A DNA stretch of 64,000 bases from a virus: IMG/VR virus record IMGVR_UViG_3300032236_000815, positions 24,585-88,584 of that record; one strand, written 5' to 3'. Each line of letters starts with the position of its first letter. Position 1 is the first letter of the stretch. The notes beneath the pieces are model-generated. The model made no database searches. It was not told the DNA's origin and saw nothing but the letters and a program-made list of their open reading frames with translations. The translations under genes and the position numbers were made by a program. This document shows, piece by piece, positions 8,670 through 17,425 of this stretch.

Positions 8670-10352
8670 ATGTCTAAAATCTTTAGTATTCCAATTAATC
8701 CAAAATTAAACGCTGATCAATTCAATCAGTTTTATAAATTCTTAGCAGAATACAAAGACTATATCCGCGACATTTATTTCACCAGTAGAATCGCACCATT
8801 TATGCAAGACGCAATGGGCGATGTATTTGTTATCCACGAAGATCATTCTTATCTAATTGAAACAGCCTTGCATATTCAACGCACATTAGGGATTCCCGTT
8901 AGTGCTACATTTAACAATATACAAGTTGCACCAACACAAAAGAATTTAGACATTTTCATTAGTAATTTTAAACCATTATATGATGCAGGAGTACGTAGTG
9001 CTACAATTCCTCATACACATTGGATGGCAACGGGACAGATTAAAGCGGCCTTTCCTGAATTATATGTTAAGAACACTATCCTAAGAGAAGTACATACTGC
9101 ACAGGAAGTAGTTAATTTAGCACAATACGGATTTGATTACATAAACTTAGACCGAGATCTAATGCGTGACCATGATAAATTACGAGAAATAAAACGAGCA
9201 AAAGAATATATTAAAAAAACATTAGGTAAGGATATTGCAATTAGTTTGCTTGCCAACGAAGGGTGTGCAGGCGGATGCAGTATGATGGAGGAACATTATC
9301 ATTTTAACAATATACGTGAAGGTGTAAACAGTCCTCAATACTTCAATGATACAATCAGCCGTGTAAGTTGCCCTAATTGGAATGTACAAGATTCATCTAT
9401 ATTTCTTAAACAAGCTAATTTTACTCCTTGGAAAGCAGACTGGGACGAGTTTGTTAATGACCTTGGAATAGATAGCATTAAAATGCATGGAAGAGAAGGT
9501 ATAACTAGGCTATTTGAAACTATGGAAATTGTTCGTAGATACGCTGCCGGGGAAGAATTTCTATATCCAGGATTTGAAAGATATTTAGAAGAAACTAATC
9601 TTGTTGAAAAACCTATTAACATATGGCGCAACAAGATTAAAACATGTCGGTTTGAATGCTGGGATTGTAACTATTGCGACAAAGTATATGAAAAGAAATC
9701 TGATATAGAATTTTCAGAGTTGGTAAAACATGCCGCAGATTGTGTATTAAAATCAGGTGTACCCACTGTAAGAGTTGATGCTCCAGGATTGACTAGTGTT
9801 AGAGTACAAACGCTATTGAACTTACTAGCGCAAGGTGTTAATACATACTTAGAAATAGGTGCCGCTCAAGGAGCAACATTCTGTGCAGTATTAAAAGACA
9901 ATCCGATTCGTGCTATTGCTGTTGATAACTGGAAACAAAATATCCAACCAGCAAATGGTCAAGTTACAATGCCGGCAAACTCTTTAAATACTTTTATTAA
10001 AAACTTTGAAAAATATAAAGGCAATTCAAATATTAGCATTATTGATCAAGATTTATTTGAAGTAGATGTAACACCGTTTGCTGGAACAATTAAAATGATG
10101 TTCTATGACGGCCCGCACGAAGAAGAAGTAACTAAACGTGCTATGATGCATTATGCTCCAGCATTAGAAAACGAGGCAATTGTAGTATTTGATGATGCAA
10201 ACTGGCCGACAGTTGTTGCAGGTGCAAAAGCAGGTATTAAAGAAGCTGGGTTTGAAGTAGCATACGAAAAGTTAATGTTAAACGACTTAGAAGATCCTAA
10301 TGCTTGGTGGAACGGAGTATATGTAACAGTTATTAGGAAAATAAATGATTAA
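8670..10352 (+). CDS. U32-family (Fe-S) protein fused to a class I SAM methyltransferase (Methyltransf_24-like)
   Basis: LLANEGCAGGC, SCP.W, IKMHGRE and CRFECWDCNYC; C-terminal YLEIGAAQG, FYDGPH, VFDD motifs. Confidence 0.7.
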   Translation: MSKIFSIPINPKLNADQFNQFYKFLAEYKDYIRDIYFTSRIAPFMQDAMGDVFVIHEDHSYLIETALHIQRTLGIPVSATFNNIQVAPTQKNLDIFISNFKPLYDAGVRSATIPHTHWMATGQIKAAFPELYVKNTILREVHTAQEVVNLAQYGFDYINLDRDLMRDHDKLREIKRAKEYIKKTLGKDIAISLLANEGCAGGCSMMEEHYHFNNIREGVNSPQYFNDTISRVSCPNWNVQDSSIFLKQANFTPWKADWDEFVNDLGIDSIKMHGREGITRLFETMEIVRRYAAGEEFLYPGFERYLEETNLVEKPINIWRNKIKTCRFECWDCNYCDKVYEKKSDIEFSELVKHAADCVLKSGVPTVRVDAPGLTSVRVQTLLNLLAQGVNTYLEIGAAQGATFCAVLKDNPIRAIAVDNWKQNIQPANGQVTMPANSLNTFIKNFEKYKGNSNISIIDQDLFEVDVTPFAGTIKMMFYDGPHEEEVTKRAMMHYAPALENEAIVVFDDANWPTVVAGAKAGIKEAGFEVAYEKLMLNDLEDPNAWWNGVYVTVIRKIND

Positions 10353-11871
10353 AAAAGTTAAAAAAATTATAGTATTTGGTGGCGGAACTAGCGGTTGGCT
10401 AACAGCCGCCTACTTAGTTAAAAACTTAACTATACCTGCAGAAGTTGTTCTTATCGAAGATGCAAGTGCAGGCCCTATTGGAGTAGGTGAAGGTACACAA
10501 CCATTTACTGCTAGATTTTTATACGAAGCTGGAATACCGCCTAAGGCATGGATGAAGTCTAGTCAAGCGGTATTTAAATACGGTGTAGAAATTACAGGAT
10601 TTAACGAAGAACCATATTTTGTCGATAACGATGTGCCAACAAATTGCATGATTGGTCAAGGGTTATTTGTCAGCGATTATTTTGTCGACAGACCATACAG
10701 CGAAGTACGAGATTGGCACCCAGCATATCAGCTTGCTAAAAATAATATTAGTAGCAAATACGACGATTACCTAGATGCTAATCACGGTTCGGGTCCTGAT
10801 AGCTACGGTGCAGTACATTTTAATGCATTTGATATTATTAAAACAATCAAAGAAATCATACTAGATAAAATTACATACGTCGACACACGCATTTCAGATG
10901 TAAAACAAGATAAAGATGGCATAACAAAACTAGTAGCACAGGACGGTAGCGAATATATTGCAGATTTATATTTGGATTGTACAGGTTTTTCTAGTTTACT
11001 ATTAGAAAAGACACTAGGATCTCCGTTTACCAACTATTCGCCTTGGCTCCCATGCGATAGTGCTGTAGCAATGCCTACTGAATTTAAAGATAAGCGAGCA
11101 GAAATGCATCCTTATACAAAATCAACAGCTATGACTTCTGGGTGGAGATGGACTATTCCTACCTTCACGCGAATAGGCAATGGTTACGTTTACAGTAGTA
11201 AACACATTACGCCCGAGCAAGCTGAGAAAGAGCTACGTGAAAGTATTGGCGAATTTAATGCTCCTGCAAAACATCTTAAAATGAAATGCGGAGTACACAA
11301 AGAAATCGCAGTTAAAAATGTGTGTGCTGTTGGACTAAGTGCTGGATTCATTGAGCCTTTAGAAGCGACTGGCATTACGTTTACAACAGCAACAGTACAA
11401 AGCATTGCAGAAATATTAAACATCAACGGCAACGTGTGGAATGACTATGCAAGAACAAATCTAAATGCTGGATTTTACGAAATGACTACTGAAATTTTTG
11501 CATTTGTATGGGCACACTATTATTTTAGTAGTAAAAATGATACACCATTCTGGCAAGATATTAGAAATATGAAAATTTCTGACTTACCACAAGAAGTACA
11601 AGACATATTAAATGTATTTTTAGAAAGACCACTGCCGTTTATTTTCTTAAAACCAAACAGCATGTTCTGTACATTCCAATGGTTTACGATGTTACATGCT
11701 GGAGGCGCATATAAAAATGTTACTAGTAGCTTAACTCCTAAGCAAAAAGAATACAGTAAATATTTCTTAGATTCTCACTCGGCTCGAGTCGAGCTGGCGA
11801 AGAAGATGTTTCCTAATCAATACGAATATTTACAATCTTGGTACAGCGACTGGGAATCAGAGGAGATATAA
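10345..11871 (+). CDS. Flavin-dependent halogenase (tryptophan halogenase family)
   Basis: GGGTSG, IGVGEGT, Lys in FKYG, WRWTIP, FIEPLEATG. Confidence 0.88.
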   Translation: MIKKVKKIIVFGGGTSGWLTAAYLVKNLTIPAEVVLIEDASAGPIGVGEGTQPFTARFLYEAGIPPKAWMKSSQAVFKYGVEITGFNEEPYFVDNDVPTNCMIGQGLFVSDYFVDRPYSEVRDWHPAYQLAKNNISSKYDDYLDANHGSGPDSYGAVHFNAFDIIKTIKEIILDKITYVDTRISDVKQDKDGITKLVAQDGSEYIADLYLDCTGFSSLLLEKTLGSPFTNYSPWLPCDSAVAMPTEFKDKRAEMHPYTKSTAMTSGWRWTIPTFTRIGNGYVYSSKHITPEQAEKELRESIGEFNAPAKHLKMKCGVHKEIAVKNVCAVGLSAGFIEPLEATGITFTTATVQSIAEILNINGNVWNDYARTNLNAGFYEMTTEIFAFVWAHYYFSSKNDTPFWQDIRNMKISDLPQEVQDILNVFLERPLPFIFLKPNSMFCTFQWFTMLHAGGAYKNVTSSLTPKQKEYSKYFLDSHSARVELAKKMFPNQYEYLQSWYSDWESEEI

Positions 11872-12302
11872 TGTTAAACCAATTAAATTCAAATCAATAT
11901 ACAATATACACAGTACAAACTCGAGGCAAGAAAAACGATGCTTATGAAGATTCAAAAATTGACAGAGATCGTTTTAAATTACGTCGATGGGTTGAAGCAT
12001 TGTTAGCAGATAGGGAAGTTATCATGTTCTGGACTGAAGAGGATACAGATTACATGATGGTTGGAACTACAAAAGTTAATCCTGGTGAAGGATTTGCTGA
12101 GTTGCCAAAAGATTTGCCAACAATAAAATGTAACGTAAACGGCAAAGAAGTTGACGAGCCGCAATTTATTACTTTTCACTGCGTACCTGGAAGGGAAATT
12201 GCTACAGTCGATGTTGATCACATAACAAAGTTCATAGTTAGTATTGAAGGTCTTGTAGAATTAACACAAAAAGTACTAAGGGAAGAAGCAAATGGTTCGT
12301 GA
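11871..12302 (+). CDS. Hypothetical protein (start reassigned to ATG 11871)
   Basis: AGGAG RBS directly upstream of ATG 11871. Confidence 0.55.
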   Translation: MLNQLNSNQYTIYTVQTRGKKNDAYEDSKIDRDRFKLRRWVEALLADREVIMFWTEEDTDYMMVGTTKVNPGEGFAELPKDLPTIKCNVNGKEVDEPQFITFHCVPGREIATVDVDHITKFIVSIEGLVELTQKVLREEANGS

Positions 12303-12864
12303 TGATTTTATTGGTATCTTTGACAATGTACTCACTCCTGCCGAATGTGGTGAGTTAATTGATTATTTTGTAAAAATGCGAAAACTAAATTTAGTTTACA
12401 AACGTCCAGATGCTCCTCATGAAAAGAAGGACGAAACAGTATATCCGTTCGAACCAGATTCTTTACATTTTGTTGGCACAAATCCAGTAGTACAAAGTAT
12501 TATGGAAAAAGTCTGGAAGTGTTATAACGAATATTGTGATAATTTCAGTATCCTGACACTAAAAAATGAACAGGGTGTAACTGGTATGCGTGTACAACGT
12601 ACCCAGCCAGGCGGTGGATACCATCAGTGGCATTATGAAAATCAAGGAATAATGCATTCAAATAGATTTTTAGTTTTTCAAATCTATCTTAATACAGTTA
12701 CAGAAGGCGGCGAGACTGAATTCTTGTATCAAAAAACTAGAGTAAATGCACAGCAAGGCAGGGTGTTGCTATGGCCAGCGGCATTTACACATACACATAG
12801 AGGAAATCAACCATTAAGCGGCGACAAATATATTGTTACCGGATGGATTGAATACTTAAACTAA
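12292..12864 (+). CDS. 2OG-Fe(II) oxygenase (prolyl-hydroxylase-like)
   Basis: WHYE, YLN...GGETEF, THTHRG, KYIVTGW. Confidence 0.88.
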   Translation: MVRDDFIGIFDNVLTPAECGELIDYFVKMRKLNLVYKRPDAPHEKKDETVYPFEPDSLHFVGTNPVVQSIMEKVWKCYNEYCDNFSILTLKNEQGVTGMRVQRTQPGGGYHQWHYENQGIMHSNRFLVFQIYLNTVTEGGETEFLYQKTRVNAQQGRVLLWPAAFTHTHRGNQPLSGDKYIVTGWIEYLN

Positions 12865-12865
12865 C

Positions 12866-14047
12866 ATGAAAAAACGTCTCGGAATTATCGGAGTAGGATC
12901 AGCAGGTATACTAAGTCTAAGTTACTTCTGTGCCCACTTGGATAATACATGGGAAGTTGTTAGTATTAACGATCCTAACGGTAAAATATTAGGAATTGGA
13001 GAAAGTTCTAACCCGAGTTTTGTTTCAGCATTAGAAGCAGGGCTTGGATTTAATATGTATGACGATATTAAAGAGCTAGATGCTACATATAAATTTGGCA
13101 CAATGTGGAAAACTTGGAGAGACAAAGAGTTTATATCTCCACTGCTAGGTGGTAATACTGCTATACATTTTAACAATTTTAAATTAAAAGAATTTGCTAT
13201 TCCTAGGTTACATCAACGTTGGCCGCATAAGTTTAGCGAGCTATCGGGTAAGGTAGAAGAACTTATCGGCCACGCTTCTCATGTTGATGTTGTTGTAGAC
13301 GGCGTTAATCATCAGTACAATTATATTATAGATTGCAGAGGTTTCCCTACAGAATGGGACGATTATAATATTTGTGAAAATATGCCAGTTAATCATGCAC
13401 TAGTACACAACAAAGATCTACCCGGCGATTGGATGTACACAGGACACCGTGCCCACAAAAATGGTTGGATGTTTGAAATCCCGTTAACTAACAGACAAAG
13501 CTATGGATATTTGTTTAACAATAACATAACTACAGTAGAAGATGCTAAGAAAGATTTTAGTCAAGAAATCGATGTGCCAGTTGATCAGCTACAAAATATA
13601 GAATATAAGTTTCAAAGTTTTTATACTACTAAACTTTTAGATGGTAGAATTTTAAAAAATGGAAATAGAGCTATTTTCTTTGAACCTATTAGTGCTACTA
13701 GTTTGTTTATGTATGATCAAGCTAATCGAATATTCCTTAGCTACTTAAATCACAGTATTGAAACTCCTGAAAGAGTTAATAAAGAATTTATAAATGTAGC
13801 AAGTGCATTGCGCGAGTTAATTTGCTGGTTCTATCACGGTGGCAGTACATATGATACACCGTTTTGGCAAGCAACGAAAGAAAAAACTCGACCAGTAGTA
13901 GAAAATAGTCAGATGATGAAAATGTTAAAACATAGTTATGCTGAGTGGATTGCTAAAGATAGTCCTATGTATGCTGACAAATTTTTCTTCGAACCGCATT
14001 TAATGTTACAACTAGACAAAAACTTTCAATATAATTATTTCAAATGA
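12866..14047 (+). CDS. Second, shorter tryptophan halogenase-family flavoprotein
   Basis: GVGSAG, LGIGES, ATYKFG, GWMFEIP, FFEPISAT. Confidence 0.8.
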   Translation: MKKRLGIIGVGSAGILSLSYFCAHLDNTWEVVSINDPNGKILGIGESSNPSFVSALEAGLGFNMYDDIKELDATYKFGTMWKTWRDKEFISPLLGGNTAIHFNNFKLKEFAIPRLHQRWPHKFSELSGKVEELIGHASHVDVVVDGVNHQYNYIIDCRGFPTEWDDYNICENMPVNHALVHNKDLPGDWMYTGHRAHKNGWMFEIPLTNRQSYGYLFNNNITTVEDAKKDFSQEIDVPVDQLQNIEYKFQSFYTTKLLDGRILKNGNRAIFFEPISATSLFMYDQANRIFLSYLNHSIETPERVNKEFINVASALRELICWFYHGGSTYDTPFWQATKEKTRPVVENSQMMKMLKHSYAEWIAKDSPMYADKFFFEPHLMLQLDKNFQYNYFK

Positions 14048-14661
14048 CATATAAATTATCAAATGACCCATTCGTAACTGCCGCAACTATGCCGCCTTTT
14101 GCTAAACTAGGGCAAGTGTTTACACCTGAAGAGATGAATCGCATGTGTGCATATTTTACAAGCAAAGGTACGGAGCCTGGACTAATCGGAAAAACTGACG
14201 GTGATACCATGGATACTGGGTTACGTAAGTCGGGTATTAAAATGCACGAATATACTGCTGATACTGCTTGGATTTTTGAAAGATTGAATACTGCAATATC
14301 CGATGGCAACAGTCATTTTTTCAGATTTAATATTGTAGGATACGACTACTTACAATATACAGAATATAATGCACCAGACGAACGCTATGGATATCACACA
14401 GATATGCCTTATGGTCCTAATCATAATTTAGAAAAACACTTAATGCGTAAACTGTCTTTTAGTTTAATCTTAAGTGACCCATCAGAGTACGATGGCGGCC
14501 AATTTGAGTTTATGATCGAGTCCGATAAGCCCTGGGCCGTGCCACAAAATAAAGGAGATTTGATTATATTTCCTAGTTGGTTACTACATGAAGTTACACC
14601 GGTAACAAGAGGTCTGAGAAAAAGTCTTGTTGGTTGGTGCTTAGGACCTAAATTTGTATGA
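14044..14661 (+). CDS. 2OG-Fe(II) oxygenase
   Basis: YHTD, RKLSFS..LSDP.EYDGG, FPSW..HEVTPVTRG.RKSLVGW. Confidence 0.9.
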   Translation: MTYKLSNDPFVTAATMPPFAKLGQVFTPEEMNRMCAYFTSKGTEPGLIGKTDGDTMDTGLRKSGIKMHEYTADTAWIFERLNTAISDGNSHFFRFNIVGYDYLQYTEYNAPDERYGYHTDMPYGPNHNLEKHLMRKLSFSLILSDPSEYDGGQFEFMIESDKPWAVPQNKGDLIIFPSWLLHEVTPVTRGLRKSLVGWCLGPKFV

Positions 14662-15236
14662 TAAAAAGATTTCCACTTTATCATAGTGATTTATTTGTTA
14701 TAGAAAATGTTGGATCTGACGAACAGGTAGACGCATTAGTTAAACAAATTGCTATTGAAAAGCAAACAACACCTTCGGATGAGTTTACAAACAGAGGATG
14801 CTGGCGAAGTACAAAATGGTGGAACGATGTTGACTGGTTATGCCAAGCAGTTTGTACGTTAGCCGAAACAGCATCTACCCATTATAAAGAAATTGATTCT
14901 AATTTTGAAAAAGGATCTAAATTTAAACTAGGCATGTGGACTAATGTTAACGATCCTGGTAGCAAAAATGTCATGCACAATCATGTAAGAGATGTTTTTG
15001 CCGCTTGCTATTATATACAATCAGAAGATACTGGCGATTTAAGACTAGTAAATGGAAGTAATCTAATGCAAGATCTAAATCCATCTGCTCCTTTTAGTAG
15101 AGATTTCAGATTTGCTCCAAAAAATCGCACACTTGTATTATGGCCTAGTTGGGTTCCACATGAAGTAGAAACCAATTTAAGTAATAAACAACGTATCAAT
15201 ATAGCGTTCAATGTAAATTTCGACACCGACTCCTAG
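14658..15236 (+). CDS. Putative 2OG-Fe(II) oxygenase (TIGR02466-like)
   Basis: W.NVN..G..N..HNH, WPSWVPHEV, RINIAFN. Confidence 0.85.
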   Translation: MIKRFPLYHSDLFVIENVGSDEQVDALVKQIAIEKQTTPSDEFTNRGCWRSTKWWNDVDWLCQAVCTLAETASTHYKEIDSNFEKGSKFKLGMWTNVNDPGSKNVMHNHVRDVFAACYYIQSEDTGDLRLVNGSNLMQDLNPSAPFSRDFRFAPKNRTLVLWPSWVPHEVETNLSNKQRINIAFNVNFDTDS

Positions 15237-15240
15237 CCCC

Positions 15241-15269
15241 ATAAATAAACGGCACTATAATTATAGTGC
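15241..15269 (+). promoter_or_regulatory. Late-type promoter (ATAAATA) followed by perfect 18-bp palindrome GCACTATAATTATAGTGC
   Basis: Direct reading; palindrome 15252-15269 precedes the AAGGAG RBS of the transporter. Confidence 0.55.
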
Positions 15270-15286
15270 TTTTTTAAGGAGAAACG

Positions 15287-16333
15287 ATGGAGTTTATAAC
15301 TTCGGTCCTGTTAAAGGACATTACATACTTGTGGATGATCTTCTTCATTATGATCACCGCTGGACTAGCTAAAGAGTACGCTCTATTTGCCCCAGCGTTT
15401 GCCTATGTTAGAAATACTTTCCGCAGTAACAAGTTCGTAGTTGTTATCCTAAGTGCGATTGGTGGTATTTTACCAATCGAAGGTCGAGTTACAGTCTCAG
15501 CAGGTTTGCTGGATACTGTAGCACCTAAAGAAGGTCCTGGTCGTGAGAAACTAGGCATTGTAGACTATCTAGCCAACCATCACTATTACATGTGGTCACC
15601 GTTAGAGAAAACTGTAATCCTACCTATCGCGGCATTTGGATTGACTTATGGTGCTTTCCTCGGTCTAGTTGCTCCGTTGCTAATCACTAGTTTGTTGTTT
15701 ATCAGCATCTACATCTGGACACAAGTCAAAGATGAAGAGCTAGTTATTACACCGGGAAACTTTAAATTGAGTGCTGTTCTACGTAACGTGCTTCCAATGT
15801 TTATTGCCCTCGGCGTTTACATTTGGGGCGGCGGCGAAGAGCATGTATTTCCAATTTTTGGTTTACTAACTTTATACTATGTAATCATCACACAACAATG
15901 GAACTACAAGAAATTGTTGGGCTATGTTCGTTGGGATGTACTAGTATGGGTAGGTGCAGTTATTATCTTAGGTAACTATTTCAAATCACATAACGGAGCA
16001 TTTCTAGAGCTAATCAAGAGCGTAGGGTTGAACCCTCATACTTTTGCTGGTATGCTAGCGATATCAGTTATTGGATTTGTCATTAGCTTCTTAATGGGTA
16101 GTTCAGGTAAGTTTATTGCTGTTGCTGTTTTAATGGCACAAGTATTTGGCGTAGAATATTTCTTATGGTTCTTTGCTATTGACTTTACTGGATATCTGTT
16201 AAGCCCTACGCATAAATGTGTTATGATTGGTAACCGTTATTTCGGCACACCAGTTGGCACTTATTATAAAGCCCTAGGTTTATGGGGCGCACTACTTCTG
16301 CTTGTAAGCGGAGTAGTAACATTTTTGATTTAA
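15287..16333 (+). CDS. Inner-membrane transporter, ion-transporter (IT) superfamily, DUF401-like
   Basis: About ten hydrophobic segments; IGGILP and GYLLSPTHKC...YF motifs. Confidence 0.7.
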   Translation: MEFITSVLLKDITYLWMIFFIMITAGLAKEYALFAPAFAYVRNTFRSNKFVVVILSAIGGILPIEGRVTVSAGLLDTVAPKEGPGREKLGIVDYLANHHYYMWSPLEKTVILPIAAFGLTYGAFLGLVAPLLITSLLFISIYIWTQVKDEELVITPGNFKLSAVLRNVLPMFIALGVYIWGGGEEHVFPIFGLLTLYYVIITQQWNYKKLLGYVRWDVLVWVGAVIILGNYFKSHNGAFLELIKSVGLNPHTFAGMLAISVIGFVISFLMGSSGKFIAVAVLMAQVFGVEYFLWFFAIDFTGYLLSPTHKCVMIGNRYFGTPVGTYYKALGLWGALLLLVSGVVTFLI

Positions 16334-16344
16334 AGGAATCACAT

Positions 16345-16935
16345 ATGAAGAAAATCTTCGCAATCTTGGCCTTGGCCGCAACAACATCTGCATTTGCAGA
16401 CAGTGGTGTTAGTTTTGAATTTGAACGCGAGCGCGGTACAGCATCTCCAAACACAATGTCAAACACTATTAAAGTAGCACCATATGTTAAACTAGATAAC
16501 GGTGTTAAACTTGATTTGCAATTCGGCGGTAGCCGTGATGATGGTCAAGTATCTGGTAACAACAATGCGCTTGAAAACACAATTGAAGCTCGTGCTCAAA
16601 GAATGTATGAAGTGTACCCAGGCTTGAAGCTTGGTGCCCGTGTTGGTATCGGCCAAGTAGTTAACGGCACAAACTCAGCAGGCAAGACTGTTGACTTTGG
16701 ATACTATACAATTACACCGAAGGCTGAATATGCCTTCAATGATAAGTTGAGCGCATTGGCTAGCTTCCGTTTCCGTAATGGTTTTAGCGATAGTGACAAC
16801 TATCTAACACGTACAGCTAAAGCTGGTCTAGGTTACAATGTAACTAAGAAAGACACAGTTGAAGTTCAATACTTCCAAAAACGTGGCGATCAAAGCGTTA
16901 ACGGTGTTGAATTAGCTTACTCACGTAGTTTCTAA
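16345..16935 (+). CDS. Outer-membrane beta-barrel protein/porin (KdgM-like size)
   Basis: Signal peptide MKKIFAILALAATTSAFA, amphipathic beta strands, C-terminal LAYSRSF; AAGGA RBS before ATG 16345. Confidence 0.8.
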   Translation: MKKIFAILALAATTSAFADSGVSFEFERERGTASPNTMSNTIKVAPYVKLDNGVKLDLQFGGSRDDGQVSGNNNALENTIEARAQRMYEVYPGLKLGARVGIGQVVNGTNSAGKTVDFGYYTITPKAEYAFNDKLSALASFRFRNGFSDSDNYLTRTAKAGLGYNVTKKDTVEVQYFQKRGDQSVNGVELAYSRSF

Positions 16936-16951
16936 TTATTTAGAAATCAAT

Positions 16952-16977
16952 AAAAAAGGACCCAAAGGTCCTTTTTT
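16952..16977. terminator. Bidirectional intrinsic terminator
   Basis: AAAAAAGGACC-CAAA-GGTCCTTTTTT between convergent genes. Confidence 0.85.
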
Positions 16978-17425
16978 ATATTAAGTCTACTAAATCAAAT
17001 ACTGTTTGAAGTTTAGTACGTATTGTCTTAGAACTAAAACTATTACGCAACCCCTGATGCAACGGTTTAGGAGCTCTATCTATCGTAGCCCATGCCCATG
17101 CGATATGTTCGTCGCTTAATTCAGGTATAAATTCTTTATCTACTACACACAAGTATGTGTGAAAACTAAACACTTTATCATTACTAACAAAAGTTTCTAG
17201 TGGAAGTGTTTTAATTATTGTTGGAAGTGGCCCTATTTCTTCAACCATTTCTCTTTGAAGACCCTGCCACGGAGTTTCGCCTTGTATGTTTGTACCGCCT
17301 ACAAGCCCCCATGTTCCTTCATGCTTACCATGGGCTTTTTGTAATAACAAGAAACGTCGTGTAGACTTAGCGTAGAACAATGCTCCGCTACACACAATAC
17401 GATCTGTTATAGTTCTATTCTCCAT
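16976..17425 (-). CDS. NUDIX hydrolase
   Basis: WGLVGG....GET....LQREMVEEIG Nudix box. Confidence 0.85.
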   Translation of the reverse strand: MENRTITDRIVCSGALFYAKSTRRFLLLQKAHGKHEGTWGLVGGTNIQGETPWQGLQREMVEEIGPLPTIIKTLPLETFVSNDKVFSFHTYLCVVDKEFIPELSDEHIAWAWATIDRAPKPLHQGLRNSFSSKTIRTKLQTVFDLVDLI

